DNA of 64,000 bases, taken from Marsupella aquatica. Taxonomy: Eukaryota; Plantae; Marchantiophyta. The stretch spans positions 29,828,932 through 29,892,931 of the forward strand of contig OZ316892.1 of NCBI GenBank assembly GCA_973895155.1, read 5' to 3'. Below the pieces are notes generated by a model that saw only the letters and a program-made list of their open reading frames with translations, searched no databases and was not told the origin of the DNA. The position numbers and the translations under genes are program-made. Shown here piece after piece: positions 37,290-51,191 of the stretch (its first letter is position 1; each line of letters begins with the position of its first letter).

Positions 37290-40200
37290 TTTCCTCTATT
37301 ATTAAGTTTAAAACCCTCTAAGGTGTTCCTAACAAATGTTGTGTACATAATAGTATCAACTGTCTAAAGTTTTGGGATAATTATAAATTATGAAAGGCAT
37401 TCTTAGGAATAATTGACTTTGCTGAGTGATGTAAGATTACATTTGCAATTTTATATCATGAACATATATAATATCATTCCCAACAGGTAATCAGGACCCT
37501 GATCAAATCATTAGTACAAAGAGTCTGATGATGTTGATTACTTCTATACTATCCAAGGTAATCCAACACCAACAACAGGGAGAGTATGTCAGGCCATATT
37601 TCAAAAACATACATTAATCAACTAGAGGCTTTATTTCAGTTATACTGAAATGTACCAAGCATGACAAATAATATTTTTGCACCAAAGGATTTAGTAGTTA
37701 GGGTGACTCCCTGCATATATAGACAACATAAGATCTGACATGATGTCTTGTTTCAAAGAAGACATTGTGTCTTGTTTGATATCATTCTGCCTTCATGGCA
37801 GACAATCTACAACTATAATAAGGGATCCCGCCTTTTTTCGCTTTTTGTGACCATACAAAAAAGCTTTTGGGCAGGAAAGATCCATAGCCTTTGGATTTGA
37901 TTAGCTGTTTTTGCTCACCATTGATGAGAGAAATGTACACCCCTATCACGTATTTGCTTCCCGCTGTCCCGTAATGCCTTCGGCCAAACCCTATGGGCCT
38001 GCCCTCCTTGCACAGTGCAAAGCACTCGCATAGGACGTACTTGTATATCATAAAAACATACCATGGCCTTGGGGTCTGAAGTGTATCCAACTGGGTCATA
38101 ATCAGTATAAGTATAGCTACTAGTGATGCCATACTTTTCCAACTGATAAACTTTCTTTGCCGATGAACCAATCTGGAAAGCACGGTTACTACGGACTTTA
38201 ACTCGTTTTGGTGGTGTGCCTAAAGACACCAGGTCCATCATCCATCATGAATGTCTAGATCTTTTCAAGTTAGGCATCAGGATTGTTACAGATGTGTGAA
38301 TAGCAATCAACCCCACCGAAAAAAAATTTATTTCACTAAGACCTCCAAATTGAAGTATGATAACACACATATTAATGAATTAGAGGTTTTGTTTCAATTC
38401 TATACTTCAATGTATCGAACATGATGACAAATAGTGTTTCTGCACCAAAAAAATATTTTGAATCAACAGTCACCAACATGATAAAAAACATTGAGCATTT
38501 CAAATTTTGATCCATATGAGAACTATTTGTTTGGCAAAACGTGCACCATCATAATTGTGCACAACTTTATAATTTGGATAACTTCAAGAGATAACCATTT
38601 TCCAAGTTCAACAATTGATGGCCATACAATTTAATATCTCTAATATATCAGTCTGCAAATCCAAACATTTATCTTAGTGAAAAAATCTCAATATCGTAGT
38701 TATTTTTATATCATGTTGACATACGCCAAACTAAAATATAATGAAGGGATAGACTCTATATCAGTGTAATATGGCACAACTTGAACAGACTGGATTGAGA
38801 TTTACCAATTGATAGCTATATATATTATAAATATCTTCTAGTTGTGAGTTTAAATTAAACACTTGTGGACAACGCTATTAACTATTGTATAAGGTAACAA
38901 TATATCCAAGTAGTCTTGGTTGCAGCTAGAAAAAAGTAAGATTGAGGGTTTTTACCATGACAGCAAACATATTTATTGTTACGAGCAAAAACAATCCTGT
39001 TACAAGCAAAAACTTACTGTTACGAGCAAAATAGACAATCTAAAAATGTGTCATTAAAAGTCATAATCTTCAAAATAATTTAAAACACGACAATTTTTTG
39101 CTAGTGTAAGGCAATACTATTACTAGCTCTAGGCGCTAGCCAAGAAATATTGACTCTACAAACAAACAAACAAATTCCCCAAAAAACACAATTCCAACAA
39201 AATGTGTCTATGGTTGATTTTGTCTGGGTATCTGCAATATATACTGACTCCCTTCATAGAGAACATGATATCTAACATGATTGATCTCTTCTTTAGAGAT
39301 CGAAGACATCGTATCTACTTTGATTTGTGCTTTCATAGCAGACATCATGTCATTAAAAAGTATCATTGTTTATGAATTTGGATTGCGTCCAATAGTGTTA
39401 CTAATTATTCACTATTCTATGATTCTTAAGTAGGTTCATATCTAATTTCCCCTAGGGAATCACTCGTCGGATTCTTAGAACCACGTGCGTACAAATGAAG
39501 GGTATTTAAAATCCTGCCAAATTAATAATTATAATCACAAATTTGTAATGAAGATGATTTTTTTATTTGATCCAAAATATTATTTTTATTTCTATGCAAG
39601 GATATTACCACATAATGTATGCCACGTGTGACCAGTGGATTGGTCCACTTGTCACTTGCTTAGTGTAGGTCATGTATTAACTTTTTAATTTTTTGCAATA
39701 GTATTGGCGGTTAAAAAAAAACTTGATATGTGCACTTGATCATGTCTTAGTACTCTATACATGATATTTTATAAAGACACAATGGGGTTTTGCAATGAGT
39801 TTCCAAAGTACTTATAAATGACTCAAAGGTGTTTTCAATATATTGAAAATTATTTATTATATTTTTCAAAGGTTTTCTAAATTTTCCATATGAAAATCAA
39901 TAAGGGGTATGTAACATGTAAGTGTTCACAAGGGTATTAGGAGTTTTAGTCCAAGTGATTCTCCAGGAATAATTTCACATGAATGATGATCTAAATAATC
40001 CTCTACTCAGCACTTGTGCCTTCAATTTTGACTCTGCATATGGAGTAACTTGAGGGTATCCCCTCATATTGTAGAAATTCTAGTGGAGAGTATTATACCC
40101 ACTAAGCACTTGCAAGAATATTGTACTGATAGGAAACAATAGAAGTCTCAGTATGTAGAAAAAGATAAGGTCCACACGAGTCACCAAGACTCACATAGAT

Positions 40201-40964
40201 AGTAAATGTCAAGTACCAAGAGTGCTACAAATGCCTACACTAAACTTGTTGTAATTAATTGCGTACGGGTCTGTTTCTAAATTAACACCAAACTTTGAAG
40301 CAAGATGCAAGAAATTAAGAAATGATGAGACCCATAGATCAGATCTTTGTGGGTCTCAGATTTCTAACTTACAATATAATTTGGAAAACCCATGATAGCC
40401 CATAGATTTGCAATGTACCCAAATGTGTCAAAATTCTTTGCCGGCATGTATTCTGGTAAATAATGCCAGCTTTTCCAGCTCAATCATGTAAATTAGGCTC
40501 ATTCTAAAATGGACTAGAAGTAACCATGAAAACATGGCAAATTACATACAACTTTACAAATTGATGCTAGAATGATAGTGTTTGCAACAACAAGTTTTGT
40601 TATGTTTTGTAAGGGGTTCAGCTAGAAGAAAGCTAGTAGCATCATGTGCAATCCAAAATAGATAATTCTAATATCTTGACCTAAGGTCTGTAAAACATAG
40701 AATGTAAAATAATGTGTTTTGAACACAAACTTAAATGAATTAAATATTGTGTACCTTTAAAAAATTAAATCAATTATTCAAAATATTTTTCATGGATATT
40801 TCTTAATTAACAATAGGATATTGGGGGTGAAAGAAGAAGTCTCCACTAACTTCTCGAGCACTGATTAGATCTTCTTGCCCACAACAAGGTTTGGAGCTTT
40901 TTGTTCAATAGAACTTCAGTTGGCTCACTCAACAATGTGGAGACGGACTCTAGGCGCAAATGCT

Positions 40965-41312
40965 TGTTAGGATTTACTCTTAGGTCTAGAGTTATGACTG
41001 TATCGTAGTTCAGGCTAACCTTAGTCGCAGATTTGGTTAGGTTAGTCACATTGTTGTGCACACTCTATAACCAAGCAGTGTTTGCTTGGAGAGTGGGAAC
41101 TCAGGCTCATTGTTACGGAGCTAGTTGAGAGATAGAGAGAGCTTGCACTGTGGATGCTTGGTATAGCCGGCCTGCCTAGAGTGCAATAAAGCTCATGTGT
41201 GTTTCTGTGGACGTAGCCGCATGTGGAGGTGAACCATGTATCTCTCTGTGTCGACTCTCATGCGTTGGATGGTTCATGGGCTTGCTGTTGCAATTGTTGT
41301 CTATGCTTAACA
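40965..41312. mobile_element. Solo LTR
   Basis: TGTTAG...CTTAACA termini. 5-bp TSD atgct (40960-40964, 41313-41317). Absent from the inverted paralog at ~62335. Confidence 0.85.
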
Positions 41313-41422
41313 ATGCTACCTTTGAAGATGCTAGACGCATTCTCTGAACAAGTGGGTTTGTTTCTAACCAAAAGTAAGTGTCCATCTGAAGGAAAGAGAC
41401 CGAGATAGTAGAGAAGGTGCCA

Positions 41423-41474
41423 GCCAAGCCAAGCCAAGCCAAGCCAAGCTAAGCTAAGCTAAGCTAAGCAAGCC
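41423..41474. repeat. (CCAAG)n/(CTAAG)n pentanucleotide microsatellite
   Basis: Seen directly; shorter and degenerate in the paralog at ~62200. Confidence 0.9.
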
Positions 41475-41494
41475 ATGGGCTTGCTAATGATTAA

Positions 41495-41843
41495 ATATCA
41501 ATCTATTCATTAAAAGTGTATTATTATTCAATTTATGAACAATTGGGCAATAGAAAGTGTACTTGGCTTTCAAAAATTGTACATTTGGGCAAGATATAAA
41601 GGTGACCGCCATCAGATGTACCACCATGTTCATCCTTTGTAAATGAACTAGGATGAGAGTCCTTCTAGTAAAGATCATTTTTGTCCCCTTAAGTTTACAA
41701 TTAACCATTTTAGTGAAGAGTATTGTACTATAGTGTACCTTTTGGGGTTAAAAAGTGTACATTTAGAGACCAAAAAGTGCATGAACATTTAGAGGCCTAA
41801 AAGTGAACAAAAGAAAATACACTTTTAATGAATAGGGTGATAT
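41495..41843. mobile_element. MITE (~26-bp TIR, probable TAA/TA target)
   Basis: atatcaatctattcattaaaagtgta / tacacttttaatgaatagggtgatat. Absent from the paralog at ~62180. Confidence 0.75.
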
Positions 41844-44489
41844 TAATACCAATTTTGTTTGACAGGTTTGACCAATTCTGAATAATTGCACTTGGTATCT
41901 TACAAACTTCAATATAGTAAATTAACCCCTTGAGCAAAATTGATGTGTTTTAATTTATGAATTTTGTTTAATGTCCTTATGGTTTATACTAAAGGACCTC
42001 TTCGATCAAGTTTTAGAAAATAATGGCGTATATCGCTATTGTTGCCTTGGATTCTCCAGATCTATTCATTTTGGTTGTGCAGGTTGATGAGCATATGTAC
42101 GTCAAGGCGTGGAACGGAACACCGCAAAATTGAACAACAGCTAGCCAACCTTGCAGTGTAGTCTTGCTTGGTCTCTTCCTTTCTTTTATTCATATTCTTC
42201 ACATTAATGGATGCCATTCTAGTCTCCATTTCAGATAATCATACGGTGCTTTGTCGATGGAGTTAGAACAGTCCAAATGACCCCCCAAACAATGAAGGCA
42301 CAAATTTATACACAATAGTTTGGTTGGTTGGATGGTTTTCCTCCTCCCATACTACAATGCTTCTTCACCTGTGGTGCAATCTGTAAGAAACCGTTGGCTC
42401 GGACTAGATAGCAAATGTGAAACATGAGGGAGAACTTGAGACAGAACTCGATCATACACTACATTGACGAGACACCACGAGTGGAGTAACTCTTGAAGGA
42501 TCCATAGCATATGAGAATACAATCCTGGGGTCCTTACTTCTTTTCTTCCAACCCATCACCCCACTCATCACGTGCAAATAGTATAACTTCTATTGGGTTT
42601 AGTGAAAGACTTTTAAATTTTTGTTGAAGAACATTAGGGTTATTGTGATCCAGTTTTGAGAATTATAAGAATCATAGGGTTTGTTAAAAATAAAATATGG
42701 GTTCCAAGAATATTCCATAAGTTAGGGGAAATTTTCCTCAAAAAAACTTTATTGGCTTAAGTTTTAGGGTGTTTATTCACCAAAAACTTCGCGTGTGATA
42801 TGGAACACCCCTTGGATTGAGGCCCTTGAGAATACAATCATGTGAAGAATGAGGGAGAGAATGCTCTCCATTCAACCTATACCTCTAAGAGGGGTCTGAG
42901 ATGTGTGGGCCTAAACTAAGTGGATCATATCCTAATCTAACCAAGGGTTAACTAATCATAGTAAAACCAAACAGCCAGGAACTCAAGTCAATTCTTAGCA
43001 GAGTCATGTAAGAAAAAGTTGGTGAAGACACCATAGATGAAGAGATAGGAAGGTTGTTGGGTTCACGCAATGTCAACTTTAGGAATTATTGAGGAGGATT
43101 GGAAAAAGCAAAGCAAGGAGATCAAGGCAAGGAGGAAGACTATTATTGATATCAATTGGATAGTCAGACTCAAGGATGCCATGGAAGAGAAGGAGAGTTG
43201 AGAGAAAAAAATGGAACACTCAAAGCAAGCTACTTGGCTGGGTTTAATTCTCTAATTGGAACAATTAGTGGATTTTATGCACTCTCTTCCCATTTGTCAC
43301 CTGTCTCTTTGAGGGTTTCACATTCCAAAATAAACAACAGGCAGCAAGCTAGAGGGCGCATGAATAGGACATCTTAAATAACCACAAATGGTCACATTTA
43401 GCCACGTGTCAACCCAACAAAGGTCAAACAACCCAGTTTTGCTCTGATCTCTTTCTCCTTTGGTCAATCTCTCCACACAGAGAAGCCAATGGAATAAATT
43501 TCTACATGGAAACGCCAATCAAATAGATTTGGTGGCATGCTTGGTGAATGCAATGGCTTTGATGAGAAGTCAGGATGGGCACCAAGCTGTGGAGAAGAAT
43601 GTAATGGGCACAACACCTTCTATCATCCCCATTCATGGATCCTAACTTGGCACATGGGCAGTCCACATACCCATGCTAAACTCTGGGCTAAACATGAATT
43701 AAAGCGTTCAAGTGCATTTGAGTCTTGTGAGATAACTCAAACATGGGCTATACTCTCCTATTTGTTGTTCTCAACACATAGCTTGATTGGTCCAAAGCTT
43801 TTACAAGGATATACAATTATGTATATTGTATAAGCTGGTAACTTTGGCTTTTCCTATCAATTAAGAATATAATTAAAAGAACACAAAGATGACCTAAACT
43901 TTGGACTTTGGCTTTAGCTTCTCAACTTTGGCTTGACTTTGGCTTGATAATTTTCAACTCACTATCCTGAAATCAGTTTGAACAGAAACTTTGACCACAC
44001 ATTCCCCTAGGTTTCCGCTTCATGTAAGCAAAATTTCAGCTGATTTGGATAAGCACACAGAGAATGAAAAATTGTAAGGATTTTGCTTGCTTTGGGCTTA
44101 GCCCTCAGCTTAGCTTAGGCTTTGTTTTTGGCTGTATTTAAGCCAAAAGCAAGACTTCAGTGACACTCTCTCTGGTCCAGTCTCTGGTTATCACTTTTAT
44201 CACTTCTTTTCTCACTTTTAAACTGCACAATGCCTTGGATGCAATGCAAATCCAGGCTCCTTTGCTTTGAGGAGCCCTTTTCTCTCAAAATTTAATGAAG
44301 TTCTTTCTTGAACAACAAGTCAGTCAGTGGCTCTTTCTTAACTATGGTAAACTCTACATCTACAAAGGTTAATTAAACTGCCTTCCTAACGTCTAAATGT
44401 ACCACTAATAAGAGTCAACTAGTTGCTAAAATTTGTCATTAATTCACTTTCTAGTTAATTCTTAACATTACTGTGTTGTTACACTTAGT

Positions 44490-45140
44490 AATGCACAGGG
44501 GCCCTGGCCTACCCTTTCAGGCTGTCCTGCCTTTGGGGATCACAGCCCATAAGCCCCTCGAGGGGAGCGTTACCCACACAAACCCTCCTTGTGCATTGTC
44601 ATTCATATTTTCATTTGATGTTATTGGCCATAAGCCCCTCACCAGACTGGCCCAGAGATTTGTGATTTAGACCCGTGTCTCTGGAATGGAACAAACTCCT
44701 CCCAAATATCTTATTTTGAAGAGTCACATGGAGCAGGCTGTTCAGGGGTGACGGCCCATAGCGTTCATTGAAAATAGAAATGAAGACTCACAAGGAGGGT
44801 TTATGCTGACTCAGCAACCCCCAGGCTGTCTGGGGGTGATGGTCCATAACCTTCATTGAAAACAGAAAGGACGACTCACAAAGAGGCCGGGTTTACACTC
44901 TGTAACCCACAGGCCCTTGGGGGTGATTGATGGTTGGGAACCTTGAATGAAAATAGAGAGGAAGACCCTCAAGGAGACCACATTTATGCTCTGTAACACA
45001 TAAGCTGTTTGGGGGTGCTGGTTATGGCCAGGTTTACACCGTGTAACCCACAGGCTCTTAAGGGGTGATCATCCATAACATTCAGTGAAATAGAAAGGAA
45101 GACACACAAGGAGATTATGAGGATGGGGACGTTGTTACAA
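44490..45140. repeat. Element with ~90-bp tandem subrepeats and an inverted arm
   Basis: ttcattgaaaatagaaa..actcacaaggaggg x~4. Reverse-complement copies at 44580-44630 and related sequence at 6925-6985 and 22750-22810. Confidence 0.6.
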
Positions 45141-45207
45141 GTACCTTTCAGGCTGTATCACCTGTATAGATCCTTTAGGTCGAATTACATTGTGGTATGT
45201 TACATCC

Positions 45208-45620
45208 TTTAGGTGGAATTACACTGGTGTTCTCTCACTATTATGTCGTAGTGGCGCAAAATGCGTTCAGAAGCATTTGTATTTAGGTGGAATTACACTG
45301 GTGTTCTCTCACTATTATGTCGTAGTGGCGTTCAGAAGCATTTGTATTTAGGTGGAATTACACTGGTGTTCTCTCACTATTATGTCGTAGTGGCGCAAAA
45401 TGCGTTCAGAAGCATTTGTATGAAACCGACGATGTATTCGGTCGAGTTCAGAACATTAGTATGTGAACTCATTTCATCATTCTGCATTCTTAATTTCATT
45501 GATACTGCCACAAATGCCCCACATCAAGGTACAGCGAAGTCGAACTCATTTCATCATTCTAGATTTGTAATTTCATTGATACAGCCACAAATGCCCCACA
45601 TCAAGGTACAGCGAAGTCGA
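45208..45620. repeat. Two adjacent short tandem duplications
   Basis: tttaggtggaattacactggtgttctctcactattatgtcgtagtggcg x3; gccacaaatgccccacatcaaggtacagcgaagtcga x2. Confidence 0.9.
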
Positions 45621-45972
45621 GGAGTGCAGTAATTGAAGGAGCTTTCAGACAAGTGGAATACAAATGGATCAGAAGTGAACGCATTTCATCTAAATTCGAA
45701 ATTTCAATGGAAGATAGATTCCACGATAAACATCAAATTCTGAGCTCAAGAAAATGAGAGCCGTGCACACCCCGGATCAAGCCGGAGACAAAGAATAATG
45801 AATAATGTGGGTCAATGAAAAGCTTGACAGTCTTTTATTCTAGAGAGCTTCTATGTATCAGAACTGCACTAGTTTTCCTTGGAATGAACTGCACTAGTTT
45901 TGATCTCAGTTCAACGATAATGGCGTTTGCGGATGCCGAAAATTTCCCGTCTGCATACAGGCTTCAAAGGCC

Positions 45973-48278
45973 CTAAGAACATACCGGTGCAGGCTCACCA
46001 AGGGCCCTCCACAGAGCAGGGTCGGAAAAGTCTTTAATTGCGAAGGCTACCCCTGCTCCAAGCAGAGCAGATTCAGGATTGCCACTGATTAGACCCACGA
46101 CAGCCAATTCTGCACCCACAGCAGCTGCTGTTCCGGAGACTGAGTCCTGTGCATGGAAAATCGAGACGCGATTAGCTGAAGGTCGGACCGCCCGAGTGAA
46201 GTGAAGTGAAGTGAAGTGGGACTCTAAAACGACTGTCAATCTGAACCGAAAATGAATGAATGGAAGAAATTCAAGCCCGGCGAGGTCCAATGAGACCAGA
46301 AGTGAGTGCCCATAGCAATGGAAGCAGGAAGCAGGCAAAGTGGGACACAGATCCAGAGACAGAAGGGATCCTGAATGGCACAAATGCTCTCTACAGTAGT
46401 GCCAATTAGTTGATGGCTAAAGTTACCTCGAAGACAACAGCTTCGCTTGCCGAAATTCCGAGGAGCTTGAGGGCTTTCAGATAGGGATCCGGAAATGGTT
46501 TCCCCCGTTCGCACTCGCTACCGATGACAAGATACTCGAAGAAGTCAGACAAACCACAGGAAGCGATCATCTGCTCGGCATTGAGGCGGGGTGCGTTTGT
46601 TACTGCCGCTCGTCGGAGGTTCTTCTTCTTAATCCACTCACAGAATTGGGCCAAGCCCGGCTTTCCTTCTAGTTGATCCGCAGCCAATCTGTCAAACATA
46701 TTATCAGTTCGCGTAAGCGAGTCTCAGAATCATCCTTGGAAATTAAAGCAATTGGATGTTAACTTGTCCAAGGTTGACAATACTCCGATGCCTAAGGAAC
46801 TCATTTTCCCTCGTTTTCTAATCTTTACATCACGACGAGATCTCTCTATTCAATTGAAGGAACACAAAGAGCCAATAAAACCCCTTTGGAATGAAAAGCC
46901 AAAGCTAATTATGAGTTCTAATTGTTTTGCTTCACTCTATGTGAGGAAATGATGGATTCATCTGCTGTCTTCAATACGATGCCTTGCCTTTCCTCAATCC
47001 AATATCAAGTAAATTGGCCTCGATTGACCTGAACTAGTCATATCCTGGATCAGTTAGAGAACATATCAAAACCCGCTCTTCAGTGACAACTCCATTTAGC
47101 TAGCGTTGGAAATAGAGAACGAGGGAAGCCAGCTTGTAGCATACTTCCTGAAAAGAACTTCCTTTTCTTCCAGCCACTTCGTTTGCCTACTTTCCTCCCA
47201 ATCAGGAAAGAGAAATTGACCAATATCTGCGTTGAATTTGCCACTGATGTGAGCACTAAAGAACTCTTCTGTTATTGGCTCTCCTCCCATGTACCCTTCC
47301 TGCACACCAACTACATAGCTGAATCCTTATATTTCTGCCGATTTGTGAGAATAAACAGACGAACACGAAAGATTGACCACATGAGCTCTACTGCATGAGA
47401 GATGTATCAGACAGACAGAACGCAAATTGATGGAGAAGAAAAAGGAAATTAAGCTAAACCTCTTGAAGCATATCTCGGAAGGCCACATAGTGTAGAGGAT
47501 CTGAATCAGTCAGAGTGCCGTCGATGTCAAATAGTAACGCCTTCACAGTGTTGATTGGTGGGAAAGGGCGTCCCATAATTCCTAGAGAAGATTCAGAGCG
47601 AAGATAACGTGAAGAGATGATTCCAACAACATTCTTTGTCGAACATCAACACCAGATTGAAATCGGGCAAATTTCCAATTTAATTCTATCAAAAGCCCAG
47701 CAAATATAAATCTTCAAACCCTAAGGAAGCTGTCTAAGCTACTGTGACCAATTACTTCACATGAGTGAAGCTCCGCCTGAGCTACTCCCTTCCCGATACG
47801 TCATCTAGTAAGGATAGATCAACACATCTCTGGAAATTCCGTCACAATAACTAACGTCAGGCAAAAATAAAGACGATTTTCTCAATTCTCTGGTGAATCA
47901 AACTGTAGCCTGAAAGTAAGCAGAAAAAATTCCCGCCCTCCCCAAATCTCTTCCCCAATGCTTAACAGGAGCTATTACATTGGTTGTGAATCAATAGCAT
48001 CAAAGAAAGTGACACTGCCATTCTTGGGTTCAGTATAGTCATAACCTTTAGTTCGATGATGGGCTTTGGAATTACACACCAGCTACCTCTGCTGAAAAAG
48101 TTGGACCCGCTACAGAAGCGAAGCAGGAGCACACTCGATTCGACTTGTGCTGCAGTTGTACCAAATTGCCACGGCTACTTCCGCAGTACAAAAGTGAAAA
48201 GCTGGGCTGCTTACAAAACGTAGCTGCTGCTGACGATGCACTGGGCAAAACCCAAGTAATTCCTCCTATCTGCAACAT
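45973..48278 (-). CDS. SGPP: HAD-superfamily hydrolase (SGPP/CbbY-like sugar phosphatase) with transit-peptide-like N-terminus
   Basis: Phase-consistent exons 48278-48080, 47581-47460, 47299-47145, 46688-46427 and 46146-45973 (303 aa). Motifs LFDIDGTLTDSDPLH, AVTNAPR, GKPFPDPY, VFEDS. Confidence 0.9.
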
Positions 48279-49834
48279 GAACTTGACGTTTTACAAAATT
48301 AATGAAGAAAAACGTATCCTCTCTATGTGAAAGACACAGTGACAAAAAGAGAATTCAGATGAACATTTGGTCACTTGCTTGGGCCGAGAGACGACAATCA
48401 TGACCTGTGCTAAAGTTTTCTCTCCTCTCTCCATCTGTTCACAAATTCTGCACCAAAAAGAGGCCAAAACAGCCTTCTTGACTGATCCTGGTGCTATAGA
48501 TGTCACCAACCAGATTTTGAGCGCAACTAAAGATGACTAAGACAGGCGCTGAGCTCTCTCTCCCTCTCTTCTCAACCTCTCCTCCAACTCTCCTTTTCTC
48601 AGGATTCTGACTGAGAGCCGCGTGATGTGTCAAGCCTGAGATGATAAATGACCTGCTATAATTTGCAAAAGACTCCTTTGAGCAGTGGAAAGAAGGGCAG
48701 TCATTCAATTATATTGCTCGAAAGCATCCTCCAATTCCTTGTTGCGTGTTAATAATCTGGACAGAGTCACCCAATTGTCTCGTCTGAAGTGATGAGGGAA
48801 AGGAAAATGCAGAGACAAGAGGAGGGGGTTCACTTGCTCCGAAAATGTACTCTTAGGCCATAGAGAAGGAATGCTCGGCCGGAAACCCGTGCTACCACGT
48901 GATTAATGATGTGCTCGAAATGAAAATTCATGCACTATTGGTACTCCAATAAAGTTCTTCAACTCTCTCTCTCCCTTCTGAAACACATCTTCCGATTCTC
49001 CCTCATATCTTACAATTCCGAACGGAACAGGACTAAGATCTCTCATCTCAGATGATGGGTCTGGAGGGTGAAAGAAAACGGTGCGAAATCTGATTTAAGA
49101 AATACGCTTCAAGCCACCACTTCCCTCCCGAACAGCAAAACAGGGACAAACGACTGGGCGACGAGAAAGACGAGACAGTGTCGTTTTTAGAACCTTACTC
49201 GAAGCATAGATCGAGCCTGACGAAATCCCGCAGCGGCACCTTCACCCGATTCCCGATTCCCGATTCTAATGCTGCTGATTAATACTCCGCATCTGCACCA
49301 ATGTAATGCACATTCAGCAGAACGGACATTGAACCCGCAATGGAAGGCAACGAATGTGAAAAGCGTCGCCTGTCACATAACCCAAAGCGATGAAGCACCC
49401 TGCTCAGGAAATTGAGCGATGGAATTCCGGACAATTGCAGCTTTATTATGGAGAATCAGCAGCAGGCCGACGATCGATGCCGTGCAAGAAAGAGAGAGCA
49501 GAGCAGAAATGTGACGTGACTGAAATGGAGAAAGGAATATGCCTCCTTGGAAACAAGACGTATACTCCATTTACGGGGGAATGTGAACCTCTGTCCTCCG
49601 CACATTAATTTAGTGCTGTTTCTTTGAGACCAGGAATCCAATCTCTGGTTGACACTTGGTGAAACTCTGGTTGACACTTGGTGCTGTCGAAGAATCAATT
49701 AGCCTAGTCATGGCCTTGTCCCTGTACCCTACACTACCGTAGAAGTAACTTGGCTTGTGAGAGACATTTAATTGATGGACCCCAAATTGAAAAGCATTAC
49801 TTGATCCAGCCAATGACGGTACTCAAAATATAAT

Positions 49835-50560
49835 GGGGTTTGTTGGGGAGAATACTTTAGTTTAGGGGTCCATCAAGTAGTCTTTGGTTGGAGAGAAAAC
49901 TTTGGGTTTGAGGGTCCATCAAGTAGTCTTTGGTTGGAGAGAAAACTTTGGGTTTGAGGGTCCATCAAGTAGTCTTTGGTTGGGGAGAAAACTTTGGCTT
50001 GGGGGTCCATCAAGTAGGCTCTTGGTTTGTGATTGCTAAAAACAACTGGCTTCCATACAAAACCTTGGCACCTTGTATCGAGCCAATGAAGATACTTAAA
50101 ACCTCATGGGGTTGTGATTGCCAAAAGCAACTGGCTTCCATACACAACCGTAACAACTTGTTTCCATACACAACCATGATTGTAACTTGGTTGTGATGGC
50201 AAAAAGTTATTTTAACTTGCTTCCTTACAATAGTCTCTAGTTGCGGTTAGTTGGGGAGAAAACTCTGGATTGGGGGTCCATCAAGTAGTCTCTGGTTTGT
50301 GATTGCGAGAAACAACTTGCTTCCATACACAACCGTGTGATAGCAAAAAGTTATTTTAGCTTGCTTCCATACACTACTGTGGTGGGAATTTGGTCCATGA
50401 TTGAAAAAAAATTATTTTAACTTGCTTCCATTCACAACCGTAGTTAGAACTTGGTTAGTGATCACGAAAAGGTATTTTCACTTGCTTCCATACACTACAC
50501 TACTGTAGTAGTAGCTTGGTTTGTGATGGCGAAATGTTATTATACCTTGCTTCCAGACAA
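49835..50560. repeat. Minisatellite arrays (~47-bp and ~60-bp units)
   Basis: gggtccatcaagtagtctttggttgg..aaaacttt x4-5; acttgcttccatacac units x~7. Confidence 0.85.
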
Positions 50561-51191
50561 CCATAATCTTCTTTTCTGATTGTTTCTATCTACGGCTTTC
50601 TCTTTGGCTCACTCAATTCCGTTTCACTGTCACATTCATTTCGCCATCCCAGTGTCCAAACCAATTTCTCGTCGCTGCCCATTCGATTCCTCATCTCAAT
50701 CTGTATTTCCCTCACCTACCACTCCTGACCAGGGCATAAACTTTCTCTTTTGAAAAACTGCCTGTTACCTACAATTGCCAGCTTTCGTTTCACAGTAAAT
50801 TCCTCCTTGCACTGTTGGCGTCAGTGACCAATTCTCCATTTTCCAGCTCCCAACAGCCCAACTAGAACCACCTTAGAGGCAGCGTTACCCACCTTCGAGA
50901 TCTCAACATCACATCACAAACTACCATGGTAACAAGACATGCCCACTACACTGGATTTGTATACACACTGCCTCGCATACAACGGTCACGTACTGGTGAC
51001 TTGCAATAACATTCTCTAACTACATCTAGTGAACACCTACGAGGCCCGGAAGGCTTCTCAAAGAATTGAAGATCACATCAAGCAAGTGTGACCTGAATAC
51101 CAACGCTACTAGTGACAGCGCCAATTTCAATCGGACGACGAGGCAAAGAGGTGTACTGAGGAGTTTGGAAAGTGACCCAGGATCGTAAATG

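Larger units (their letters stand above)
40750..42910. repeat. Dispersed repeat, inverted relative to 60850-62560, carrying nested insertions
   Basis: Reverse-complement matches, e.g. 41980-42520 vs 60925-61495 and 41320-41480 vs 62190-62335. Confidence 0.85.

Noticed and set aside
49835-50560. Regularly spaced repeats resembling a CRISPR array (also 45208-45420)
   Set aside because: The inter-repeat sequences are themselves copies, there are no cas genes, and the context is eukaryotic.
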